Position numbers and translations under genes: made by a program. A stretch of DNA of 64,000 nucleotides, from the NCBI GenBank assembly GCA_963676615.1, contig OY781092.1:992001-1056000 (forward strand), read 5' to 3'. Within the stretch, counting starts at the first letter, position 1. Each line of letters opens with the position of its first letter. The notes under the pieces were generated by a model, which was not told the DNA's origin, searched no databases, and worked only from the letters and a program-made list of their open reading frames with translations. Below are positions 20,546-29,018 of the stretch, one piece after another. Origin of the DNA: Candidatus Cloacimonadota bacterium (GTDB lineage Bacteria; Cloacimonadota; Cloacimonadia; G963667145).

Positions 20546-21474
20546 AGCGCCAACACTTCCTTTTCGATTTCGTGCCGCTTGCCACAAACCTCACAACCAG
20601 CAGCCAAGCGGTGACCACCTCCGCCAAATTTTTGGCAAACAGCCTGCACATCCGCCACTTTCGAGCGAAAACTGAGCTTATACACGCCCGGTTCCTTCTG
20701 CTTAAACATCACAATTATCTGATAATCGCCCAGCTGCTTGAGCCTGCTGACGGCAGACGGCAACTCCTCATACGCAAATCCAAACCGTTCCTGTAGCTCC
20801 AAATCGCTATGAGCAAACACAATTTTTCCGCTCTCAAACTCTTTCAAATCGGCATAAACCGCCGCCAAATACCGAAACTCGGAAACTTTCATCTGGCAAA
20901 AAAAATCTTCGTAAGCTTGCCCAGCGTTCAATCCAAAATCGAGCAACGCCGCACAAACCGCAAAACATTCAGCGTCCACATTCCGATTCTGAAAACCGTC
21001 TGTGTCGCCCAAAATCGTATAGTAAATCGCCCGCGCAAACCTCGCCCGCTCCGTCTGCGGCAAAGCTTCGACCAACTTCTGACAATGCCGAAAAATCAAA
21101 ATCCCAGCGCTGGCGGCACAAGGCTCAATAATCTCCTGCGCAGTCGGCAATTTGTCCGCGCCAACTTGATGATGATCGATCACAAAAATCTCTTTGTCGA
21201 AATCGCCGACAAACTTTTCCCACTTGCCAAGGCGCGACTTTTGGTGCGCATCCACCACCACCAAAGCGTCGAAATTGCAGGAGCTGATATCCACCTGCTC
21301 ATAGCCAAACTCCAAAAACGCCAAACTTTGCGGCGGAGCCTCCAGCATCACCTTCGCCTTGCTTTTGCCCAGCACCATCTGCAAAGCAAAACAAGAGCCC
21401 AAAGCGTCCGCATCTGGATTTTGATGCGTAAATATCCCTATTTGCTTATATTTCAACAGATTATCGACAATCAT
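20527..21474 (-). CDS. DHH/DHHA1 phosphoesterase (NrnA-like)
   Basis: HQNPDADALGS, VVVD, IDHH, GDT, SFRS, GGGGHRLAAG. Confidence 0.92.
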   Translation of the reverse strand: MIVDNLLKYKQIGIFTHQNPDADALGSCFALQMVLGKSKAKVMLEAPPQSLAFLEFGYEQVDISSCNFDALVVVDAHQKSRLGKWEKFVGDFDKEIFVIDHHQVGADKLPTAQEIIEPCAASAGILIFRHCQKLVEALPQTERARFARAIYYTILGDTDGFQNRNVDAECFAVCAALLDFGLNAGQAYEDFFCQMKVSEFRYLAAVYADLKEFESGKIVFAHSDLELQERFGFAYEELPSAVSRLKQLGDYQIIVMFKQKEPGVYKLSFRSKVADVQAVCQKFGGGGHRLAAGCEVCGKRHEIEKEVLALCRQAL

Positions 21475-22027
21475 TCCACGCCTTTTGCACTTTAGCAAAA
21501 TCGAGCAAACCCTCTCGCACGCAAAAAAGCTCGCCCGCTTCAACCTTCACCACCGTAGATGGCGTGCCAGCCGCTTCTACAACGCCTTTTGGCACCCAAT
21601 CTTCGTCGAACCAATCTCCAAATTTCTGCAAAATTTGCTCATAATTTTGCAGCGGCTGCTCACCCGAACGGTTGACGCTGGTGCTCACCACCGCCCTCTT
21701 TTGCAAAAACTCCCGCAAGACCCTATCCTGCGGCACCCTAAAAGCGACAAAACCGTCTTGCGCCAGATGCGGCAAATTTGCACACGGCAAAATCACCGTT
21801 AATTTTCCCGGCCAAAATTTCGCCAAAAAACGCTCCAACCGCCCATCAACACGAGTATAATCGCCCAATTTCGCAAGGCTAGACAGCAGCACAATAAAAG
21901 CTTTCCCCTGTCCTCTTCGCTTGAGCCGATCGATTTTTTGCAAAGACGCCAAATCGCCTATCGGAGCCCCAACACCGAACATATAGCCCGTGAAATGCAA
22001 ATTTATTTTCGACATCGCAAAACTCAT
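21461..22027 (-). CDS. tsaC: Threonylcarbamoyl-AMP synthase (TsaC/Sua5/YrdC family)
   Basis: LKRR, FWPGKLTVIL, AFRVP, STSVNRSG, PSTVV, REG. Confidence 0.85.
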   Translation of the reverse strand: MSFAMSKINLHFTGYMFGVGAPIGDLASLQKIDRLKRRGQGKAFIVLLSSLAKLGDYTRVDGRLERFLAKFWPGKLTVILPCANLPHLAQDGFVAFRVPQDRVLREFLQKRAVVSTSVNRSGEQPLQNYEQILQKFGDWFDEDWVPKGVVEAAGTPSTVVKVEAGELFCVREGLLDFAKVQKAWNDCR

Positions 22028-22030
22028 TCC

Positions 22031-23053
22031 CTAAAAAAACGACCGCGGATCGACCGACTCTTTCAAATCTTTACGAAGCTCAAAATGAATCATATCCGAA
22101 TGCAGTCGCGCCAAATTTTGCCCGCGCTTCACCTTGCTACGCAGCTCCGCCAAAGTGCTGCCCTTATACACATACACGCTAATATAGCCGTTGCGATGAT
22201 CCACCACCAGGCACTTTTTATTCCCGATGCGAGTGTAATCTGCCACCACTCCGTCGTCCACAGCTATGCAAAAATCGTCGTGGGTCTTGATGTCCAGCCC
22301 GCTTCGCCGCAAATCGTTCTCCACAATTTCGCCCTTGACTGGCCACAAAATATTCCCAGTGCTGAACTCATACGAATAGCCAGAAATCTGCCGCTCCAGC
22401 TTCAAATTTGCGATAATCTTCTCCAGCTTGTCTCGCTCCTCCTGCAAAAAAGCCAGCTTCTTGCTAACCTCTTTCTCCTTCTTTTTGCTCTCCGCCAAAT
22501 TTTTGCTCACCGCCGAAGTCACATACCGCGAAAACGAAATATTTTTCTGCTCCTTCCGCCGCTTCTCCTCAATCTCCCTTATCTGCTTATTCAAACTCAC
22601 CGTATTATTTTTCAGCTTCAGATTTTTCTGGCTATACTGCTCCACCTTCTCATCCGAGGCACGCACCAACGAGCTCAACACATTCGAACTAATGGGCTCC
22701 TCCTCGATATACTCCGCCTCAAAAAGCCGTATAAACGACTGAACATACAGCCCCTTAATCTCCTCAATCTTCGTCTTCAGCGCCTGAATTTGCTCGTTAA
22801 GCTTCCTCTTCTCCAAACTTTTGCCAGAATATTTACTCTCCAAAAACTTCATCCGCGACTGCGCATTTTTCAGCTTCTTATTATAAACCTCAATCTTCTT
22901 TGAATACTGACTCTGCTCCGAGCGAATCTCATCGATTTTGTGCTTCTGCTGCTCAATCTCCTCCAGCACCATATCCAGCTTCTGCTCCTGCCCAGCGTAA
23001 GCAAAACCAATCGCCGCAAAAAGCAACCCAAAAACTAAAGCTCGTTTATCCAT
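22031..23053 (-). CDS. EnvC-like coiled-coil protein with degenerate M23 domain
   Basis: Signal peptide, long coiled coil, LWPVKG, GLDI, HFELR. Confidence 0.75.
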   Translation of the reverse strand: MDKRALVFGLLFAAIGFAYAGQEQKLDMVLEEIEQQKHKIDEIRSEQSQYSKKIEVYNKKLKNAQSRMKFLESKYSGKSLEKRKLNEQIQALKTKIEEIKGLYVQSFIRLFEAEYIEEEPISSNVLSSLVRASDEKVEQYSQKNLKLKNNTVSLNKQIREIEEKRRKEQKNISFSRYVTSAVSKNLAESKKKEKEVSKKLAFLQEERDKLEKIIANLKLERQISGYSYEFSTGNILWPVKGEIVENDLRRSGLDIKTHDDFCIAVDDGVVADYTRIGNKKCLVVDHRNGYISVYVYKGSTLAELRSKVKRGQNLARLHSDMIHFELRKDLKESVDPRSFF

Positions 23054-23622
23054 TCCAGCACCTTACTCACGCCCTTTTTGCTCTTGGAAGAAAACGGCAC
23101 CACCGCAAAAGGAAAATTTTTCTTGCAAATCGACGCAACCTTACTAACGCCCAGCTTATCGCTCTTGGTCGCCACCACCAAATACGGAATCTTCTGCTCC
23201 TGCAGCATCTGCTGCATCAGTTCGTCCTTAAAATCCAGTTTGTGCCGAATATCCACCAGCAGCAACACCCCCAAAAGTTGCGGACGCCCAGCCAAATACG
23301 CCTGAATCATCCGCCGCCAACTCTCCTTCTCCTGCAAATTCACCTTGGCATAGCCATACCCCGGCAAATCCACAAAACTCAGCTCGCCCTTCTGCTCCTG
23401 CGCATCGTCCTTCACACCAACACGAAAAAAATTTATCAGCTGAGTTTTACCCGGCCTTCCCGAAGTTTTCGCCAGTAGCTTCCTGCCCAAAATCGCGTTA
23501 ATCATCGACGACTTTCCCACATTCGAGCGACCCACAAAAGCCACCTCTTTGCAGCTCACAGGCGGATATCCCTGCGGCTTTGTCGCACTTTTCACAAACT
23601 CAGACTCTATTACTCTTATCAA
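23035..23622 (-). CDS. engB: Ribosome biogenesis GTPase YihA/YsxC
   Basis: GRSNVGKSS, PGKTQLINFF, DLPGYGY, TKSDK. Confidence 0.95.
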   Translation of the reverse strand: MIRVIESEFVKSATKPQGYPPVSCKEVAFVGRSNVGKSSMINAILGRKLLAKTSGRPGKTQLINFFRVGVKDDAQEQKGELSFVDLPGYGYAKVNLQEKESWRRMIQAYLAGRPQLLGVLLLVDIRHKLDFKDELMQQMLQEQKIPYLVVATKSDKLGVSKVASICKKNFPFAVVPFSSKSKKGVSKVLEWINEL

Positions 23623-23790
23623 AATCTAACCCACTTTAATCTATAAATTTCGCCCAAAAAATCAAGCAAAACCAACATTTAGCAAATTGACCAAGTGTCA
23701 AAAAAAATCAAAATTTACTTGCTCAAAAAAGCGTTTTTTTTTCTTTGCGAAAAAAAATGAACTACTAACTTCATAAAAAACAAAGGAAGT

Positions 23791-24570
23791 ATGGTCACAC
23801 AACACAAACCTGCGCTCTTTTTTCTACTTTTGATAATTGGCTTATTTTGCAACAAGTTACACTCGATCGAAATAAACATCTCGCCCATTCAGGCAAATCT
23901 GCTCTCGCAGCGAATTTTCATCAACGAAACCGACCAACGCCACGCAAAACTTTTGCAATGGAACAAAGAAGAAAACTTCCTCTCACTGGGCATCGCCCAC
24001 TTTATTTGGTATCCAAAAGAGCAAAAGCAAAATTTTGTGGAAAGCTTCCCTTTATTTCTAACCTACCTAAAAAACAGCGGCTACACCTTGCCAGAATGGC
24101 TATCCGACACCAGCGCTTGCCCTTGGCAAACCGAAGAAGATTTTTATACCGACGAGAACTCCCCACAAAAAAAGCAGCTCTACTCGTTTTTACAAGATTG
24201 CAAACAACAACAAACGCAATTCCTCGTCAGCCGCTTGCAGCAAGCAATTCCCAAGATTGTGCAAGCCAGCTCGCAAAAAGAAAAAGTTGCAGACAACATC
24301 AAAAAACTCGCCAAATCGATGAACGGCGTTTACGCGATGCTGGACTATGTCAACTTCAAAGGCGAGGGGCTAGACCCCAAAGAGTCCTACGGCGGCAACT
24401 GCTGGGGCTTGCTACAGGTCTTGGAAAATATGCAAGACTCAACGCTCTCGCCCGCTCACGATTTTGCTAACGCTGCCAAAAAAATCCTCAAGCGCAGGAC
24501 AAAGCTCGCACCGCACGAAAAAAACTGGCTGGCTGGCTGGAATAAACGCCTAGAAACCTATTATGAGTAA
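23791..24570 (+). CDS. Exported hypothetical protein
   Basis: N-terminal hydrophobic segment; AAGGA RBS; SLGIAHFIWYP, DYVNFKGEG, WGLLQVL. Confidence 0.65.
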   Translation: MVTQHKPALFFLLLIIGLFCNKLHSIEINISPIQANLLSQRIFINETDQRHAKLLQWNKEENFLSLGIAHFIWYPKEQKQNFVESFPLFLTYLKNSGYTLPEWLSDTSACPWQTEEDFYTDENSPQKKQLYSFLQDCKQQQTQFLVSRLQQAIPKIVQASSQKEKVADNIKKLAKSMNGVYAMLDYVNFKGEGLDPKESYGGNCWGLLQVLENMQDSTLSPAHDFANAAKKILKRRTKLAPHEKNWLAGWNKRLETYYE

Positions 24571-25408
24571 AAAAAGCAAAAACTTTTGGGAATATTTAGG
24601 GTTTCTGACTTTTCGCACTCTGCTAGCGCCACTTCCCAGTTTTTTGCAAAAATTCATTCTCGTGCGACTCGTCTTGCTCATCAAAATTCGCAAAAAGCTT
24701 GTCATAAAACAGCTCAAAATGGTTTTCCCCAAAAAAAGCGACCAACAAATTTCGGCTCTTTGCCGAGAAATTTATCGCAATTTGGCACTTTTTGCCCACG
24801 AATTTTTCTTCTGTAATCAAAAAAAACTTCTCAAAAATTTTGAAATCGAAGGGCTGGAAAGCCTGCAACATTCCCTATCGCAGCACAAAGGCGTGATTTA
24901 TCCAAACCTGCACATCGGCAACTGGGAAATCGGGATGAAATATATGGTCGAGAAGATGAATCTGCCCATAAACGCCCTTGCCAAAAGGATACGCAACCCG
25001 CATCTTGACGATTATATCGAAAAAATCCGCCGCAAAAATGGCGTAACAACAATTTTCTTGGAAAACGCATTTCGGGGCACTCTCGCCGCTCTGAAAAACG
25101 ACGAGGGCATCGGCATTATGATCGACCAAAACGCCCGCAAAGTCGGACTAAAACAAGACTGGCTCGGGCATCCAGCTTCGGTCTTTCAGGGACCAGCCAA
25201 ATTCGCCATAAAATCGGGAGCGATGATTCAGCCCATAATCTGCATCAGAACAAAAAACGGGTTCAAAGTTATCGCCGAAGAGCCAATCGACGGCAGCCTC
25301 TACACCAAAAACCAAATCCCAGAACTAACAAAAAAAATCTGCAACTCGCTAGAAAAGCAAATTTTGAAATACCCCGAACAGTGGTTTTGGATGCACAAAA
25401 GATGGTGA
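24563..25408 (+). CDS. Lipid A late acyltransferase (LpxL/HtrB family)
   Basis: HIGNWE, IDQN, YPEQWFWMHKRW. Confidence 0.9.
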   Translation: MSKKSKNFWEYLGFLTFRTLLAPLPSFLQKFILVRLVLLIKIRKKLVIKQLKMVFPKKSDQQISALCREIYRNLALFAHEFFFCNQKKLLKNFEIEGLESLQHSLSQHKGVIYPNLHIGNWEIGMKYMVEKMNLPINALAKRIRNPHLDDYIEKIRRKNGVTTIFLENAFRGTLAALKNDEGIGIMIDQNARKVGLKQDWLGHPASVFQGPAKFAIKSGAMIQPIICIRTKNGFKVIAEEPIDGSLYTKNQIPELTKKICNSLEKQILKYPEQWFWMHKRW

Positions 25409-25491
25409 GATAGGAAACTTTGCAAGAACCAAAATCTAAAATTTTATCAAAATTAAAAACAACAAAAAAATCGAAATTTTAAGGAGAAATT

Positions 25492-26097
25492 ATGGTCGAA
25501 ATCATCGCCTGGACGACAGAACACGCCATCGAAATCTTTGCGGCACTCAGTGGCATACTTTTTTTGTATTTGGAAATTAAAGAAAATATTTGGCTCTGGC
25601 CGATTGGCATAATCTCCTCAGCTTTATACATTTATGTCTATTTCGACAGCAAATTTTACGCCGATATGGGCTTGCAAGTTTACTATCTGCTGATCAGCGT
25701 TTACGGCTGGATTTTGTGGTTCAAAGGCGCCGAAACCTCCAAAAACGACCATCTGCCCATCGTCAAAGCGACCAAAACACAAGCCGTTTGGCTCACTGTC
25801 GCCTCGATTTTCACCTTCGTCCTCATAAAATGGATTTTGGTCAAATTCACCGACTCGCCAGTGCCGACAGGCGACGCCATAACCACCGCTCTATCAATCG
25901 TTGCCACCTGGATGCTCGCCAAAAAAATCATCGAGCAATGGTGGATTTGGATTTTCGTCAACCTCCTGTCGCTGGGGCTATATCTATACAAAGGGCTCTA
26001 TCCGACCTCGGTCTTGTTCGTTTTTTACACGCTGGGCGCAGTCGTCGGTTACTTCCAATGGAAAAAAAGTTTCGCGCATCAGGTAAGTGATGAATAA
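25492..26097 (+). CDS. PnuC-family vitamin transporter (probably thiamine, PnuT)
   Basis: WPIGI, YGW, DAITTALS, WWIWI..N; coupled to thiN. Confidence 0.88.
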   Translation: MVEIIAWTTEHAIEIFAALSGILFLYLEIKENIWLWPIGIISSALYIYVYFDSKFYADMGLQVYYLLISVYGWILWFKGAETSKNDHLPIVKATKTQAVWLTVASIFTFVLIKWILVKFTDSPVPTGDAITTALSIVATWMLAKKIIEQWWIWIFVNLLSLGLYLYKGLYPTSVLFVFYTLGAVVGYFQWKKSFAHQVSDE

Positions 26098-26710
26098 ACA
26101 AGCAGTTATCGTTGCCGACGGAGAATTTCCGACTCACAAAATTCCCCTAGAAGCAATCAAAGCAGCAAAATTCCTCGTCTGCTGCGACGGCGCAATAAAC
26201 CAGCTAGACGCCAGAAAAATTGTCCCCGATTTAATCGTCGGGGATTTAGACTCGGCAGACCCAAAATTGCTCGACAAATACAAAACAAAAACTTGCAAAA
26301 GCGACTGCCAAGACACAAACGACCTAACCAAAGCGGTGAACTGGCTATTGGACAAAAATTTTGAGGAAATCGTCATCGTCGGCGCTTGCGGAAAGCGCGA
26401 AGACCACACCTTGGGCAACTTCTCGCTCCTGTTCGACTATTGCCAAAAAATCAAAGTGAGTATGCTCACCGACCACGGCAAATTCTCCACCGCCACCAAA
26501 TCTACCACATTCGAGAGCTTCGCAGGGCAACAGGTCAGCATCTTTTCCATAAACCAAACGCTGAAAATCACATCCGAAAACCTAAAATATCCGCTGCGAA
26601 AAACCGCACTTTCCTCACTTTGGTGCGGCACACTCAACGAATCCACCGCAGAAAATTTCACCCTCTTATTCGATGAGAGCGGTCAAATCGTGGTGTATCA
26701 GCTGTTTTAG
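26090..26710 (+). CDS. thiN: Thiamine pyrophosphokinase
   Basis: CCDGA, VGDLDS, QDTNDLTKA, GKREDHTLGN, LKYPL. Confidence 0.92.
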   Translation: MNKQAVIVADGEFPTHKIPLEAIKAAKFLVCCDGAINQLDARKIVPDLIVGDLDSADPKLLDKYKTKTCKSDCQDTNDLTKAVNWLLDKNFEEIVIVGACGKREDHTLGNFSLLFDYCQKIKVSMLTDHGKFSTATKSTTFESFAGQQVSIFSINQTLKITSENLKYPLRKTALSSLWCGTLNESTAENFTLLFDESGQIVVYQLF

Positions 26711-26871
26711 TTGCCTTTTTCGATGATATAACACTTCGCTAGTTGTCATAGCTCGCTCGATTAAGCAATTTTACGCTTTCCGATTTGAGTTTTTATTACC
26801 TGCCTCTTTCCAGCTAAGCGCGAGCAGGGAAGAGAAACGGCGTGAAATCATCAATCATCAATTGTAATTTA

Positions 26872-27204
26872 TCAATTATTCTGCAGTGCCTCGATTTTCC
26901 CGCTGAGCTCCACCGCTTTTTCCGTCGTATCATCGTAAATAAACTTCAAATTTGGAATCCTGCGAATCGTCTTCAGGCTCGCCAGCTCGCCCTTAAACAC
27001 GCCCGCGCTTTTTTTCAGATGCGACAACACATCCCCCTTTTTCACCTTCGGATCAAAACACGACACAAAAACATTCGCCAGAGACAAATCTTTGGCAATC
27101 TTCACATCGTTAATATTCACAAACTGCAAAATCGGGTCGTCGATATTTTTTCGCAAAATCGCGCTAAAAATCTTAAACAACTTCATCTCCAACTTTCGAG
27201 TCAT
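26872..27204 (-). CDS. rbfA: Ribosome-binding factor A
   Basis: DPIL, DLSLANVFV, RRIPNLKFIYD. Confidence 0.88.
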   Translation of the reverse strand: MTRKLEMKLFKIFSAILRKNIDDPILQFVNINDVKIAKDLSLANVFVSCFDPKVKKGDVLSHLKKSAGVFKGELASLKTIRRIPNLKFIYDDTTEKAVELSGKIEALQNN

Positions 27205-27245
27205 TTCCTACACTCTCCTTTTTCAAAAAAAAAATAGTTACAAAT

Positions 27246-27277
27246 AAAAAAAGCAAACTCGCTAATACAAGTTTGCC
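27246..27277 (-). terminator. Intrinsic terminator after rpmA
   Basis: Minus strand GCAAACTTG-loop-CGAGTTTGC followed by T7. Confidence 0.7.
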
Positions 27278-27297
27278 TTAATATAAAAAAAATCAAG

Positions 27298-27546
27298 TTA
27301 CACTACATTCACGAACTTCCGTCCATTTCTGCCAGTAGTGAACAAAACATTTCCGTCAACCAAACTAAAAATCGTGTGATCTTTGCCCAGACCAACATTT
27401 TTGCCTACCTTAAACTTCGTGCCTCTTTGGCGAACGATAATATTTCCCGCAATCACGCTCTCGCCACCATATTTTTTCACACCCAAATACTTAGGATTAC
27501 TATCTCTACCGTTCTTGGACGAACCGACGCCTTTCTTATGTGCCAT
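27298..27546 (-). CDS. rpmA: 50S ribosomal protein L27
   Basis: [26 protein letters not shown]. Confidence 0.98.
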   Translation of the reverse strand: MAHKKGVGSSKNGRDSNPKYLGVKKYGGESVIAGNIIVRQRGTKFKVGKNVGLGKDHTIFSLVDGNVLFTTGRNGRKFVNVV

Positions 27547-27549
27547 TGG

Positions 27550-27867
27550 TTAGCTCCTTACAATATCATTTACTTTAATCTCGGTGAAATCCTGTCTGTG
27601 ACCTTGTTTTCTCTTGTAACCTTTTCTTCTCTTCTTTTTGAAAACAATCACTTTCTTATCTTTCTTATGAGCCAGCACCTCAATATCCACCTTAGTGCCG
27701 CTCACAGTGGGAGTTCCCAAAACTACATCGTTTTCATCTTTGAAAAAAATCACACTCTCCAAACTCATCTTAGCGCCAACCTCTGCATCGCTCAAAAACG
27801 GCACTTTGACAACCTTATCTTTTTCAGCCTTAAACTGCATACCCTTAAAATCCACTATCGCATACAT
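27550..27867 (-). CDS. rplU: 50S ribosomal protein L21
   Basis: [20 protein letters not shown]. Confidence 0.97.
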   Translation of the reverse strand: MYAIVDFKGMQFKAEKDKVVKVPFLSDAEVGAKMSLESVIFFKDENDVVLGTPTVSGTKVDIEVLAHKKDKKVIVFKKKRRKGYKRKQGHRQDFTEIKVNDIVRS

Positions 27868-27938
27868 CGCTAGTCTCCTGTTTACCTATTTCAACTTAAT
27901 AAACGCTAATATTTTGTCTGCCTCTTTGTTGTCAACCC

Positions 27939-28520
27939 TTAACTTTCAACTTCAGCTTTCTCCTGCTTAATTTGCAAATACAACTGCGTCAAAGCTTGGT
28001 TAAAATACGGCAAACTCCACAAAAATCCGATGCCAAAAGTCATACAACTCAACAAAAACCAACCAAAAAATCTCCAAAACAGACGAAAAATCTGCCACTT
28101 ATGCCCCCGAGTCAGCTTTTTACTTTTCGCAATAATCTCCATAGCCAAAAGATCAGGCTCGTCCGCGGCTATCAGATACACAAACGAATAGCTAAACAAA
28201 GCGATAATTCCCGGGATTATCAATAAAAGCGACCACAAAAAAACAAAAATCACCAAAAGCAAATACAGCAAAAAAGTTTCCAAAAAAATCTTGAACCCCG
28301 AAAACAAATCACCCAGCTGAGTCTCCTGCTTTCTGGCGATTTTTAGCGAAATCGAAGAAAAACCAACTCCCATTGCCACAGAAATCAAACAATTTCCGAT
28401 AAAAGTAAAAGACGCGCCGCCAATCACAACATAATAAATCAGCGCAACCAGCACCATAAAACTCCACTTCCCCCGCAAATTCTCTCTCGCCAAACGAGTT
28501 ATCTCACTATTCTTCACCAT
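27939..28520 (-). CDS. DUF975-family integral membrane protein
   Basis: ARENLRGKW, LWSLLLIIPGII, GIGFLW..PY; GGAGG RBS. Confidence 0.85.
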   Translation of the reverse strand: MVKNSEITRLARENLRGKWSFMVLVALIYYVVIGGASFTFIGNCLISVAMGVGFSSISLKIARKQETQLGDLFSGFKIFLETFLLYLLLVIFVFLWSLLLIIPGIIALFSYSFVYLIAADEPDLLAMEIIAKSKKLTRGHKWQIFRLFWRFFGWFLLSCMTFGIGFLWSLPYFNQALTQLYLQIKQEKAEVES

Positions 28521-28540
28521 TTTCACCTCCAATGTCTCCT

Positions 28541-28990
28541 TTATTTTTGAACTCTCTCCACTTGCTCCAGCTGCCGAGCTGACCAATTATTTTTGCAAGC
28601 CTCTTCGATGTAATAAGTTCGCCTATCCTCGTCAACAATGCGTATAAGCTGCTTGTATTGCGTCCAATTCAATTGCGCACGCACCTCGTGCGCAATTGGA
28701 AAAGCCTTATAAAACTGACGACTCATCTCCAGCTGACGAACGCTAAAACCGCTACCAAAATCTTTGCTCAATTCCGCAGAAAGATGCTTTATCAAAAAAG
28801 CGCCATACTCCGCTCTCTCCCGCTCATTCTGCTCCTGCACAAAAATCTTTTGCCCAATCTTCCAATACATCATCACCCGCGCAAAATCGATAGCACGCAC
28901 CGCCTTTTGCTGAGCATTCGAGATAATCGATTTTATCTCCTGAACAAACCCAGACGAAAAATTTTTCCTCGTTTCAATCTCCATCGTCAA
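28541..28990 (-). pseudogene. Truncated DUF1016/YhcG protein (N-terminal domain only, no PD-(D/E)xK domain)
   Basis: YWKIG, GSGFSVRQL, LNWTQY, NWSARQLE, then an abrupt end in ileS-derived sequence. Confidence 0.8.
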
Positions 28991-29018
28991 CTAAAAATTT
29001 TACACTCTCTCCACTTGC
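28551..29018. repeat. 15-bp direct repeat ACTCTCTCCACTTGC (28551-28565 and 29004-29018), duplicated ileS 3' end
   Basis: Exact match read from the sequence; both copies encode QVERV. Confidence 0.85.

Noticed and set aside
25409..25491. Possible TPP riboswitch before pnuC-thiN
   Set aside because: The spacer is short and A-rich, with no CTGAGA core or aptamer stems.
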